Shown here: piece by piece, positions 42,413-53,006 of the stretch
Layout: each line of letters begins with the position of its first letter
How positions within the stretch are numbered: the first letter of the stretch is position 1
NCBI GenBank assembly: GCA_963842945.1
Contig: CAWJIM010000023.1
Location: forward strand, 96,001 to 160,000
DNA: 64,000 nt
Origin: an uncultured Gemmatimonadales bacterium
GTDB taxonomy: Bacteria > Gemmatimonadota > Gemmatimonadetes > Gemmatimonadales > GWC2-71-9
Direction of reading: 5' to 3'
The notes under the pieces: generated by a model
The model's input: only the letters and a program-made list of their open reading frames with translations
The model's database searches: none
What the model was told of the DNA's origin: nothing
Made by a program: the position numbers and the translations under genes

Positions 42413-43527
42413 ATGCAACGTACTCTGCCTGCCCTGCCCCTACTGCTCTCCCGGGGCGCCTTAACGATCTTCTTCCTCGGCTTCTTCACCCGGGCGGCCG
42501 CCGGCCAGGGGTGAATGCCGTTCCGAACGGCATCCAGTGTGGGTGTCCAGGGGAACTCTGTCTTACACGCGCATCACTGGGAGTTCGGCGCTTCCTATCG
42601 GTACCTCCGTGCCCACGGCCAGGACTTTTTCGTCGGCACTCAACGGACCCCGCCACCACCCGCAACTCAGCCACCCGGTGGTCAGCCCATCGAGGTCGAT
42701 GTGCACACCATTGGCCTCAGCCTGACGTATGCGCTGACAGATCAAGTGCGTTTCATCGTGGCCGCGCCGATACAGATCGGTCAAGTGTCGTTCATCCAAG
42801 AGGATCATCTCAGACACGCTGAGAACACGACCGGATTGGGCGATGTCACCCTGGCAGGGAATGCGTGGCTCTTCAACCCGCGCGAACATGCCACCGGGAA
42901 TCTGATGCTCGGTTTGGGAGTAAAGCTTCCGACCGGTAGCTATAGTGATAGCGTGACGTTCTATACTCCGACCGGAACGGTCCCGCGCCCAGCCGACCCA
43001 TCCATACAAACGGGAGACGGTGGAGTGGGTATCCTAACGCAGCTGGAGGCATTCCATCAGCTGGCCGGCGGAGCCCTGGTGTATCTCTCTGGCTTTTATC
43101 TTTTCAATCCCAGAGTGCAGACCGAGATTACCATCGGGAACCGTCTAGGGTTGCCGGGTAACTCGGCTGCTGGCACGGTGCCCTACCATTTGTCGGTGCC
43201 TGACGCCTTACAGTCTGCGTAGCGGTGTGAGCTTTGCCGTACTACCCAGTCAAGGTCTTTCCCTGAGTGTTGGTGGGCGTATCGATGGCGTGCCGGTGCA
43301 GGACCTTGTCAACGGCGGCGATGATGACTTCCGCCGGCCAGGCTATGGGGCGTTCCTCGACCTTGGGGCCGATCTGAGCCGAGGATCCAATACCTTTACC
43401 CTGAATGTTCCCATCCGAGCATACGCAGATCGGAGAGCCAATCTCTACGACCGACAGGTTGAATATCGCCGGAGGCGGTAACCTGGCCAAGTTCCAAATT
43501 TTCGCGAGCTACACCCATCGATTCTAA
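42413..43527 (+). CDS. Outer-membrane beta-barrel 'transporter'-like protein with in-frame TGA at codon 34 (candidate selenoprotein); two indels near 43208 and 43457
   Basis: GAGGAGG RBS, signal peptide ending AAAG|QG, TGA at 42512, same frame continues; GLGDV, GVKLPTG, FRRPGY; ends YTHRF. Confidence 0.75.
42520..42556 (+). promoter_or_regulatory. Candidate bacterial SECIS element
   Basis: Upper stem GGCAUCCA/UGGGUGUC, loop GUG with G at +23 and U at +24 from UGA; lower stem GUUCC/GGAAC. Confidence 0.6.
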
Positions 43528-43977
43528 GAGACACCGTCGCGGCGACACTGCGATGATCTCGGTCATGCCTCTGAGGCACCCGTAGATTTGCCGCATGCCG
43601 GACAGCGGTTGCACCGCCGGCGATCACGCGGACGATCGCCTCAAACAGGGCGTCGCCTTACCTCGGCGTGAGATACGTCGCGCCGGGACGCTGGTTCGGT
43701 CGGCTCCGGTTCGATTTCCCGGTAATCCCACCAGACGCACCACCGACACAAGAACGAGGGCAATCCGCGCAACGGGGCGCTGGTGGATCGACCAGTGCAC
43801 CGACCTCACGAATCCATAGAAGATCAGCTTCTGCGATCACAGCTCTGATCGTTCGGTCACGCTTCCACTCCTAAACCTGCGAGTCAGGAAAGGACTGACA
43901 AGGTGGTTCCTGAGCCGCTGGCGAACGCCCGACCGGGTGGATAATGTAGGACCCTCCCCCCACCCAAGGCCGGTCCC

Positions 43978-46345
43978 ATGGCCGACCCGCTTGCTCTCCT
44001 GAAACTTCCCCTTGCCGATCGCTACCTGATCGAGCGGGAGATCGGCCGCGGCGGCATGGCGACCGTCTACCTCGCCCAGGACCTCAAGCACCACCGCCAC
44101 GTCGCCCTCAAGGTCCTGCGGCCCGAAGTCGCCGGCGCGCTCGGCGGCGAGCGGTTTCTGCGCGAGATCGAGCTCGCCGCCCGCCTGCAGCATCCCCATA
44201 TCCTCGCCTGCTCGATTCCGGCACCGCGGGCGATGTGCTGTACTACGTGATGCCCTACGTCGAGGGCGAATCCCTCCGCGATCGGCTGGACCGGGAGAAG
44301 CAGCTCCCGGTCGACGCCGCGATCCGGATTGCCCGGGAAGTAGCAGGGGCGCTGGACTACGCCCACCGCCACGGCGTCGTCCATCGCGACATCAAGCCCG
44401 AGAACATCCTGCTCTCCGGAGGCAGGCGCTGGTGGCGGACTTCGGCATCGCCAAGGCGCTCGACGCGGCCGGCGGGCGAGAAGCTGACCGAGACCGGCCT
44501 CGCGCTCGGCACGCCGCACTACATGAGCCCGGAGCAGGCCTCGGCGACCCGCTCCCTGGATGGCCGCAGCGACATCTATGCGCTGGGCTGCGTGCTGTAC
44601 GAGATGCTGGCGGGCGAGCCCCCGTTCACGGGGCCCAGCGCGCAATCGGTCCTGGCCCGCCATGCGGTCGACCCGGTGCCGAGCCTCCACACGGTGCGGG
44701 GGACGGTGCCGGCCGGGATCGAATGGGCCATCGGCAAGGCGATGGCCAAGGTGCCCGCCGATCGCTTTGCATCTGCGGCGGAGTTCGCCGACGCGCTGGC
44801 GCATCCCGAACGCGCGCCAGCCCGGAGAACCAGGGATCGCCGACTCCTGTACCTCGGGGTGGCCGTGGCCGCGCTGGCCCTGGTGTTCGCGCTCGCTGGA
44901 CGCCGCATCTTCGACGGAGCAAAGGGCGCTGTGCCCCACGTACGATCTCTCGCGGTCCTGCCGCTGGAAACCGTCTCCGGCGACTCAGCGTTGGGCGACG
45001 CCATGACGGAAGCCCTGACCACTGATCTTGGCCGGATCAGCGCGCTCCGGGTTACGGCCAGGCGGGCGACGCTGCTGTACAAGGCCAGCACGTTGCCCGC
45101 CCCGCAGATCGCGCGGGACCTGGGGGTAGATGGGGTGCTCGAGGGTGGCCTGCAGCGCTCGGGGGACAATCTGCGGCTAGACCTTCGCCTCGTGAGCGCC
45201 GCTTCGGGGCGGCGGCTCTGGGCTCAACGATTTAACGAGCGATTCAGCAATCGCTCCTCCATTGGCGATGCCGTCTCACAGAGTCTAGTGTCGGCCCTCA
45301 AGCTGGCGGTGACGTCTTCGGAGGAGCGCCAGTTGCACGCCCCGCCGACGACCAATGCCGAGGCCTACGACAGCTTCCTGCGGGGCAAGATCCACCTCTT
45401 GCCCATGAACCGGAGGGACGATTCGATCGCGACTGTTGCCTTGGAGCACGCGGTGGCGCTGGACCCCAACTTCGCCGCGGCCTACGCGGAGCTGGCGTAC
45501 GCGTACGGTCTCTGGGTCTTCCTGTTTGAGCCTCTCGACAGCGCGACCCAGGAGAAGGGCCTGGTGACGGTGGAGAAAGCGCTACGTCTGGACCCCGATC
45601 TTGCAGAGGCCCACTTCGCGCGCGCCTTCCTGCTGTGCACGCCTGCCAACAATTTCGCGTATGAACTGGGGGTCCGGGAGTTCCGTCGCGCGATCGCGCT
45701 GAACCCGAACCAGGCGGAGGCACACCGCTGGCTCGGGATAGAGTACTTTCATATCGGCATGTTCGAGAAAGCCATCGAGCAGTTCCGGGAGACCGAGACG
45801 ATCGATCCCGGCAACCGTCATGCACAGCTTTGGCTCGGTGTCGTGCTGACCTACCAGGGACGCTATGAGGAGGGATTGCGGACTATCCGCGAGGTGCCGC
45901 GTGAGTGGAATCCTGCGATATGGACCTATCATGTCGCATGGGACCTTCTGTACCTTGGCCGAAGCGAGGAAGCCTCGACCGTCATTGAGGACTACCTGAA
46001 GACCGCACCCCGGGACCCAGGTGGACTGGTCACCGGGGTCCGCGCGATCCTCCATGCGAAGAAGGGCGATGCGCGGAGAACAGAGGAGGATATCCGGAAG
46101 GCAGTAGCGCTGGGGCAGGGATACGGGCACTTTCACCACACCGCCTACAACATCGCATCGGCCTATGCACTCTACACCGGCCAGCGCTCGCGGTGCAGTG
46201 GCTGCGCCGGGCGTCCGACAATGGGGTCCCGTGCTATCCTCTCTTCGAAAACGACCCAAATCTGGCCAATCTGCATCAGGACCCGGGGTATCTCGCGCTC
46301 ATGGCGGAGCTGAAGGCCCAGTGGGAGCGGTGGAAAGATTTGTGA
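43978..46345 (+). CDS. Ser/Thr kinase - TM - TolB_N-like - TPR protein 1 (several frameshifts)
   Basis: [38 protein letters not shown] repeats. Confidence 0.9.
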
Positions 46346-46592
46346 GCGACGTAGCCGAGCCTTTGACCCTGCTGCAAGCGGTCCGCTCGATCTGATATAT
46401 CGATCAGCCGAGCTGAACTGAGGCGCGTCAGAAGATCCGGCATCAGGGGGGCAATCCCACCCGGCGCACCAACACCGCGAACCGTGGATCGCCGCACAGT
46501 GGCTTCCAGCGGAGATCGGCGACCGCTACGCGATCCAGCGGGAGCTCGGTCACGGGGGCATGGCAACCGTCTATCTCCCCCGGACCTCAAGC
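46342..46592 (+). pseudogene. Kinase gene 5' remnant interrupted by a copied fragment
   Basis: [13 protein letters not shown].. then, after the insert, [22 protein letters not shown]; nothing further. Confidence 0.7.
46410..46517 (+). repeat. 108-bp direct copy of 49024-49131
   Basis: Manual alignment: 7 mismatches, no gaps. Confidence 0.9.
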
Positions 46593-46699
46593 AATCCCTT
46601 CGAGGTGACCCTCCCGATTCCGGTGTTTCCGCTGCTGGGCGCGACGACGACCCCGGCGGGAGCACCTCACTAACGAGATGCCCCTTCCAAGCCGGGCTC

Positions 46700-49057
46700 C
46701 TATGAGACGGCTGGCAGTCCGATCCGATGTAGGAGCGAGCGGAAGCGGAGATCGGAGCGGAACTCGTCGAAGTGCGGGTCCACCGCGAGATAGACCAGGT
46801 ACGGCACCCGTTCCTGGTAGGCCTTCTCCAGGTATTCGAAGAGTCTTGGCCGGTCTCCGAGGCCGGCGTAGATAGTGGCGATGTCGAACGGCGAGACGTA
46901 GCTGGAATCCTGCCGCGTCTGCAACTCCCTCAACACCCGCAACGCCTTCGTCCGCTGGCCCGCGACAGCATAGGCATGACCCAGCGCCCCCTCGTACAGC
47001 GAACTCGGCGACAGCGCAACGGTCTTCTCGAGCTCCCGAATCGCATCCGCCGGCCGGGAAGTTTGCTCGTAGGACAAGCCCAGCCAGTAGTGGGCGCGGT
47101 GGAACGTCGAGTCGAGCTCGAGCGTCTTCCGGGACTGCGCGATCGCCTCGCCGTATCGGCGGGCGTTGTAGTAGGGTCGCGCGATGGCGGCGTTATTGAT
47201 GGGCGAGAGCGGATTGAGCTCCTGGGCCCGCTTCAGCTCGGCGATGGCGTCATCGGTCCGATTCATGGCGGTCAGGAACAACCCATAACTACTTCTACTG
47301 CGCTCCGATTTTGAATTGAGCTCGAGCGCGCGGCGAAACTCCCGCTCGGCCGCGACGAAGTCCCACCCATAGAAGAACTGAGTCCCGCCGAGTGCGACGT
47401 GGGCCTCTGCAAGCATAGAGTCCAACTCCATGGCACGCAGGGTGGCAGCCCGAGCCTGCGGAAAGACAGCCGCGGGTGACTCTATGCTGTAGTAGCCGAG
47501 AAGGTTGTAGCAGGCCGCGAGCCCGGCCCAGGCGGCAGCGTAAGCAGGGTCCGCATCGATCGCCTGCTGGAAATACCCGATGGCCTTATGCAGGTCCGGT
47601 TTGGTGACCTTCAACTGGAAGTACAAGCCGCGGACGTACGCCTCGTAAGCAGCTGGGTCAACCTCAGGGCGCTCCGACGTCAGCCTGGCGCGCTCCTGCG
47701 GGGTCATCGAGGCGCCGATCCGGCCTACAACCGACCTTGCGACCTCGGCCTGTAGATCGAGGATGCCACTGAGTTCGCCGTCGTAGCCATGCGCCCAAAG
47801 GGCCTGGTTTGTGCTGGCCGAGTTGAGCTGGACCGTGAGGTGCAGCGACTTGCCGGCGCGCTGCAATGAGCCCGCCAGGACCGCGTCCAGACCCAATTGC
47901 TTGACCAGCTGCTCCGTAACTTCCTTGGCCGCCTTCAGGTCGATGACTCGCAGCGCACTGATCTGGGCCAGGCTGGTGACCAGCTGGTCGGTGAACCCCT
48001 GGGCTAGATATACCTGGGCCGTGTCTCCAGTGAGGTTCTTGAAGGGCACCACAGCCAGCGATTTGATGCTCCCTGTACCAGTCGCGTGCGATGTCCCATT
48101 GCCCGAGCTGCGGAGGAGCGCGAGAAGCAGTAGCCCGATGACGCCCGCGACGATGGTGCCCACGAGCGGTCCCCGCACGCGGCGGCCGGCCCTCTCCGCG
48201 GCATGGCCGCTCTTGAGCGCCGCGGCGAACTCCTCGGCACTTGCGAAACGATCAGCCGGAACTTTGGCCAGCGCCCGCCGGATTACCCCCTCGAGCCCCC
48301 TCGACACCGTTGAGCGCACGCTGCGCAGGCTCGGTACTGGATCGACTGCGTGACGAGCCCGAATCGACTGGGCAGTGGAGCCGGTGAACGGTGGCTGGCC
48401 AGCAAGCATCTCGTATAGCACACAGCCCAGGGCATAGATATCCGCGCGTGCGTCGATGCCTGCCTCACCGGCCCCCTGCTCCGGGCTCATGTACGCAGGA
48501 GTGCCCAGCGCGAGTCCTGTTTCGGTCAGCCGGACGCCGTCGACCGCGTCGACCACCCGGGCAATGCCGAAATCGGCGACGATGGCATGGCCGTCCGAAA
48601 GCAGGATGTTTTCCGGTTTGATGTCCCGATGGACGACGCCCTGCGCATGAGCGCAGCCCAGCGCCTGGGCCACTTCGCCCGCAATTCGCACCGCCTCATC
48701 CACCGGGAGCTGCTTCTCTCGCTCCAACCGATCACGTAGCGATTCGCCCGCGATGAATGGCATAGCGTACCACAGGCACCGGCCGCTGCCGTCCTCCGTC
48801 GACGACTCGGCTCCGCTGTCGAATACCGGCAGGATGAGCGGATGCTGCAGCCGGGCGGCAATCTCGATTTCCCGGAGGAACCGCTCGGGGCCGAGCACGT
48901 GAGCCAGCTCCGCCCGGAGGACCTTGATGGCAACGCGACGGCCATGTTTGAGATCGCGGGCGAGATAGACAGTCGCCATCCCGCCATGGCCCACTTCCCG
49001 CTCGATGTGATAGCGCCCGGCGAGAGCTGAACTGAGGCGCGTCAGAGGATCCTGCAT
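46700..49057 (-). CDS. Ser/Thr kinase-TPR protein 2
   Basis: Intact 785 aa; all Hanks motifs; SLAVVPF; TPRs. Confidence 0.95.
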   Translation of the reverse strand: MQDPLTRLSSALAGRYHIEREVGHGGMATVYLARDLKHGRRVAIKVLRAELAHVLGPERFLREIEIAARLQHPLILPVFDSGAESSTEDGSGRCLWYAMPFIAGESLRDRLEREKQLPVDEAVRIAGEVAQALGCAHAQGVVHRDIKPENILLSDGHAIVADFGIARVVDAVDGVRLTETGLALGTPAYMSPEQGAGEAGIDARADIYALGCVLYEMLAGQPPFTGSTAQSIRARHAVDPVPSLRSVRSTVSRGLEGVIRRALAKVPADRFASAEEFAAALKSGHAAERAGRRVRGPLVGTIVAGVIGLLLLALLRSSGNGTSHATGTGSIKSLAVVPFKNLTGDTAQVYLAQGFTDQLVTSLAQISALRVIDLKAAKEVTEQLVKQLGLDAVLAGSLQRAGKSLHLTVQLNSASTNQALWAHGYDGELSGILDLQAEVARSVVGRIGASMTPQERARLTSERPEVDPAAYEAYVRGLYFQLKVTKPDLHKAIGYFQQAIDADPAYAAAWAGLAACYNLLGYYSIESPAAVFPQARAATLRAMELDSMLAEAHVALGGTQFFYGWDFVAAEREFRRALELNSKSERSRSSYGLFLTAMNRTDDAIAELKRAQELNPLSPINNAAIARPYYNARRYGEAIAQSRKTLELDSTFHRAHYWLGLSYEQTSRPADAIRELEKTVALSPSSLYEGALGHAYAVAGQRTKALRVLRELQTRQDSSYVSPFDIATIYAGLGDRPRLFEYLEKAYQERVPYLVYLAVDPHFDEFRSDLRFRSLLHRIGLPAVS

Positions 49058-51437
49058 CAGGGGGGCAATCCCACCCGGCGCACCAGCGTCGCGAACCGTG
49101 GATCGCCGCGGAGTGGCTTCCAGCGGAGATCCCGGTTGAGCCAGACCAGCCAGTGGGTTCGCTCCTGAACCGCGCGATCCAACCAGGCAAAAGCGCTGTC
49201 CCGTTGCCCCAGCGCAGTGTGGATCAGGGCGATGGCGTACGAGGTGACGTACTGGGTCTTTGACAGCGAATCGAGCCGACGCAGCTCACCCAGCGCCTGC
49301 TCTTGCCTCCCTGCGAGAGCGTAGATGTTTCCCAGCCCCGCAATAGTTGGTACCCAGGCTCGCAGTGGACCCGATGCTCGGTACTGAGCGACCGCCCCTT
49401 CCAGCTTTCCGTTAGCCTGCAGCACCCTTCCGAGGTAGAGGTGTGCCAACGCAAACGCCGAGTCCATTCGTAGAGCCGTGCGGAGGGTTCGCTCGGCGTC
49501 GTCCTGCCGCCCACTGTAGTGCATGACCCAACCGCTCGTCGACGCCACGCCAACGGAGAGTGGATCCAGGGCCTGGGCACTGCGCTCCTGGGCAACCGCT
49601 TCGTCGTACCGGCCCATCGCCGCGAGATAGAGTCCGTACCACTCGTGCGCGGTGGCATAGCTCGGGTTGCGCGCGATAGCGAGCTGAAACTCCCGGTCGG
49701 CTGCGCGCCAGTCCCACGCGTAGTACATCTTGACGAAGCCAAGCGTCGCGTGGGGCTCAGCCAGCATAGAGTCCAGGTCCAAAGCCTTACGCGCCGCCGC
49801 CTCGGCTTTGGGAAAAGCATCATCCGGCGCGAGATAGCTGCCGTAACCGAGCTGCACGTAGGCATCCGCCGTGGCGGAGTAGGCGGGAGCGAATGTCGGG
49901 TCCGCGTCCAGGGCTTCGCCAAAGAGCTGGATCGCTCGGAGCAGGTTGGCCTGACCTCGCTTGTTCCACCAGTAGCGACCGCGGATGTAAGCATCAACCG
50001 CTTCGGGATTGCGGGCCGCCGTCCCGGGTGCAGCAGCAGGTGGCCCGCTGAGCAGCTGTCCGCTCACTTCGCCAGCAATGTCGCGCGCGAATTTTAGCAG
50101 ATCGGTGCCGCTTCCCTGGTAGCTTTGCTGCCAGATCTCACCACCCGCGTGAGTCGGGCTCATCCGCGCGCTGAGGTGCACACTGTCCCCAAGACGCTGC
50201 ATGGTGCCGGTGACTACGGCGTCGACCCCGAGCTCCTGCGCGATTGTCTTGGCAGATTTGCCACTCTTTCCATATAGCTGCATGGTTCGGCGATTGATGA
50301 CCCGCAATCCCCTCACCTGCGCCAGGTCGGTGGTGAGCTCGTCAGTGAGCCCCTCGGATATGTAGGCCTACTCGTATCGCTCGCGCGGTCCACGATCGGG
50401 AGCACCGCTATTGAAGCGGATTCAGCGGCAGTACCGAGGTGCAGACTCCGGGAAGCGAGCCGGTAGCCGACGGCCGCGAGGAGGCCGCCGAACGGAATCA
50501 GCAACCAACGGGCTCGGAGGCCTTTGATCCGACGGAATGGATTCCGAGCAGGACGGAGCGCCAGAGCAGGTGCCGTGGAGTACTCATTGTCAGATAGGCG
50601 CAATGCTTCGAGTAACTTGCCCGTGGTGGAAAAGCGATCGTTGGGCTCCTTAGCCAAAGCTTTGAGCAGTGCCGCGTCGACATGTTCGGGTACATCGGGC
50701 CGCTCCTCCCGAATCGAGGCCGGCACATCCAGGTGATGGCGGGCGAACACAGCGCGGGCTGTGGCGGCGGGAAAGGGCGGGTGGCCCAGCAACATCTCAT
50801 ACAACACACACCCCAGTCCGTATACATCGCTTCGCCCGTCGACAGCAGCGCCCAAAATTTGTTCGGGACTCATGTACGCAGGAGTGCCCATACCCCAGCC
50901 GGTCTCGGTCAAGCGGGAATCCCCGGCGGCCTCGACGGCTTTGGCGATCCCGAAATCGGCAACCAAGGCATGGCCGCCCGAGAGGAGGATGTTTTCCGGC
51001 TTGATGTCTCGGTGAACCACCCCCCGCTCGTTGGCGTAGTGCAGGGCCTCGGCGACGTCCCCGCCCAGCCGGAGAGTGTCCTCGATCGACAGCGATCCCT
51101 CGCGGGTGAGCCGATCCCTTAACGACTCGCCGGCAACGTACGGCATGACGTAATAGAGGAATCCGTCCGCTTCTCCCGAGTCGTGGAGTGGAAGGATGTG
51201 GGGATGCTGCAGCCCTGCCTCGATCCGGATCTCGCGGAGAAATCGGTCGGTGCCAAGTCCGGCAGCGAGCTCGGGGTGAAGCACCTTGATAGCTACTTGG
51301 CGCTGATGCTTGAGATCCCGCGCCAGGTAGACCGTCGCCATCCCGCCACGCCCCAACGGCCGCTCGATCGGATAGCGATCGGCCAGTGCCTGCAGTAGGC
51401 GGTCCGGCGCGTCCGCGATCACTCCTTTGGTGTTCAC
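49057..51437 (-). CDS. Ser/Thr kinase-TPR protein 3 (frameshift near 50370)
   Basis: Kinase in ORF 50313-51437; TolB_N/TPR part in ORF 49057-50316. Confidence 0.9.
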
Positions 51438-52216
51438 CGGGATGCCTCCGGCGGTGGCCAGCCGCTCAATGGCGATTCCCAGATCTTCACTACCCGGCTC
51501 CGAATAGACTCGAGGAGTGCCTTCGTTTCGGGCGCGGGGACCGCGTCGAAATCAGCCGCCAATCGCTGCCGGAAGGTCTCGTAGGCCTGGAGCGCTCCGG
51601 CTCGTTCGCCTTTGCGGTCGAGGATCCGCATGAATCGCCGCAGCCCGGATTCGTCGTTGGGCGAGAGCTCTACGGCACGACTGGCCCAGGGCGCGGCCGT
51701 CATCAGATCTCCGAGTTGTTCAGCTCCAGCGACGAGCGACCACGCTGCTGCAGCGGCAAGCCGCCGCAGGCGCTCCCGTTCATTCTCCAACCAGCGGTCG
51801 AACTCGGCTGATGTGTCCGGCAGGTGGACGCCAGCGAGCAGATCACCGCGGTACAACTGGAGCGCGCGTGCGGAGTCTGCGCACTGGCACGCCAACTCGA
51901 ACTCGGCGGCGTCACAAGATAAGGCGTCGCGATCTACACCGATCTCCTCTTCGCCGCGGCTGATCAGCACCCCGGGGCCGAGTTCTCCCCGGAGAAATCG
52001 GAGCGCTTGTCGCAAAGCCCCTCTCGCATGTTCTGCATCCAGCTCGGGCCAGAAGAGCGTGACCAGTGTGTCCCGGCGACGGAAGCGATGGGAGCTGGCG
52101 AGGGCGAGATAGACCAGGAGTCCGAAGCGCTTGGGCTGCACCAGGACGGAGTGCAGCTCACCACGCCCATCGGGATCGACGAGATCTGAGCCGCCAAGGG
52201 TTCGAAGCTGAATCAT
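51434..52216 (-). CDS. AfsR/SARP-family regulator (wHTH + BTAD only)
   Basis: QPKRFGLLVYLA, RRDTL..FWPE, LQLYRGDLL, FDRWLENER, GERAGAL..YE. Confidence 0.9.
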   Translation of the reverse strand: MIQLRTLGGSDLVDPDGRGELHSVLVQPKRFGLLVYLALASSHRFRRRDTLVTLFWPELDAEHARGALRQALRFLRGELGPGVLISRGEEEIGVDRDALSCDAAEFELACQCADSARALQLYRGDLLAGVHLPDTSAEFDRWLENERERLRRLAAAAAWSLVAGAEQLGDLMTAAPWASRAVELSPNDESGLRRFMRILDRKGERAGALQAYETFRQRLAADFDAVPAPETKALLESIRSRVVKIWESPLSGWPPPEASR

Positions 52217-52369
52217 GAATGCCCAATCGCCGGAAGAGTGAGGGATCGGGACGGATCACGGCGGGATCACGGTCAGGTGAGCCCTGGCGCCTAGCATGGG
52301 AAGTACCTGGAGGTACGAATGTAACCCCCGGGCAGGCAATCGCCATTCCATTCTTTGCCAGGAGGGTTT

Positions 52370-52954
52370 ATGCGCTCTACAGCTGCAGTCCCCCTGCTCG
52401 CCAGCCTGGGTCTCATCCTCGGGGCCTGCGCGAGCGATGACACCGCGCCGTCGTCTACCGCTTCCTCTTTATCCAGCCCCGGGGTATCGGCTGCTGCGTG
52501 GGGACCTGAGACGCCCAACTTCAACCTCGAGGTGATTCTCCGAGGCAGCGGATTCGGTCTCATAAAGTTCCGACAGCCGAACGACGCTGCGGCGGTAGTC
52601 TTTCTCGATACCTGGGTGCGCGATCTCGCACCGAGCACCGAATACCTCCTGCAGCGCGCGGTGGATCCGGTCGTGGACGATGACTGCACCAACACGGCCT
52701 GGCTCACACTCGGCAGAGGGACGGAGCCGCAAAGCATCACCACGGATGAGACCGGGAAAGGGCGACAGGAGCTCTTCCGTAACCTTGCGGCGTTCCCGCC
52801 CGGTACCGAGTTCGACATTCATTTCCGGGCCATCAACGCGGTCACCCAGGCTGTCGTCCTCGAGAGCGAGTGCTATCAGTTTCGGATCAGTCTCTGGGCT
52901 CGGGGGGCGGCGCCGATCCCTTCGGTGCCGCCTGAGGACCTACTGGCTCCTTGA
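52370..52954 (+). CDS. Hypothetical lipoprotein
   Basis: GGAGG RBS, lipobox LGAC. Confidence 0.7.
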   Translation: MRSTAAVPLLASLGLILGACASDDTAPSSTASSLSSPGVSAAAWGPETPNFNLEVILRGSGFGLIKFRQPNDAAAVVFLDTWVRDLAPSTEYLLQRAVDPVVDDDCTNTAWLTLGRGTEPQSITTDETGKGRQELFRNLAAFPPGTEFDIHFRAINAVTQAVVLESECYQFRISLWARGAAPIPSVPPEDLLAP

Positions 52955-53006
52955 GGGCGCTTAGACCGACAGGTAACTTGATCTACTCTCCCCGAAAGCT
53001 CGAGCC

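Noticed and set aside
43220..43226. TAG at 43220 as a second recoded stop
   Set aside because: The downstream part is in a different frame; removing one T near 43208 gives DAYSLRSGVSF.
43528..43977. 450-bp spacer as an ncRNA or tRNA-Sec
   Set aside because: No cloverleaf or known riboswitch pattern recognised by eye; an Infernal/Rfam search would be needed to exclude one.
46410..49131. Repeat pair as a DGR template/variable region
   Set aside because: Only 4 of 7 mismatches involve A, the repeat spans a gene junction, and no reverse transcriptase is in the window.
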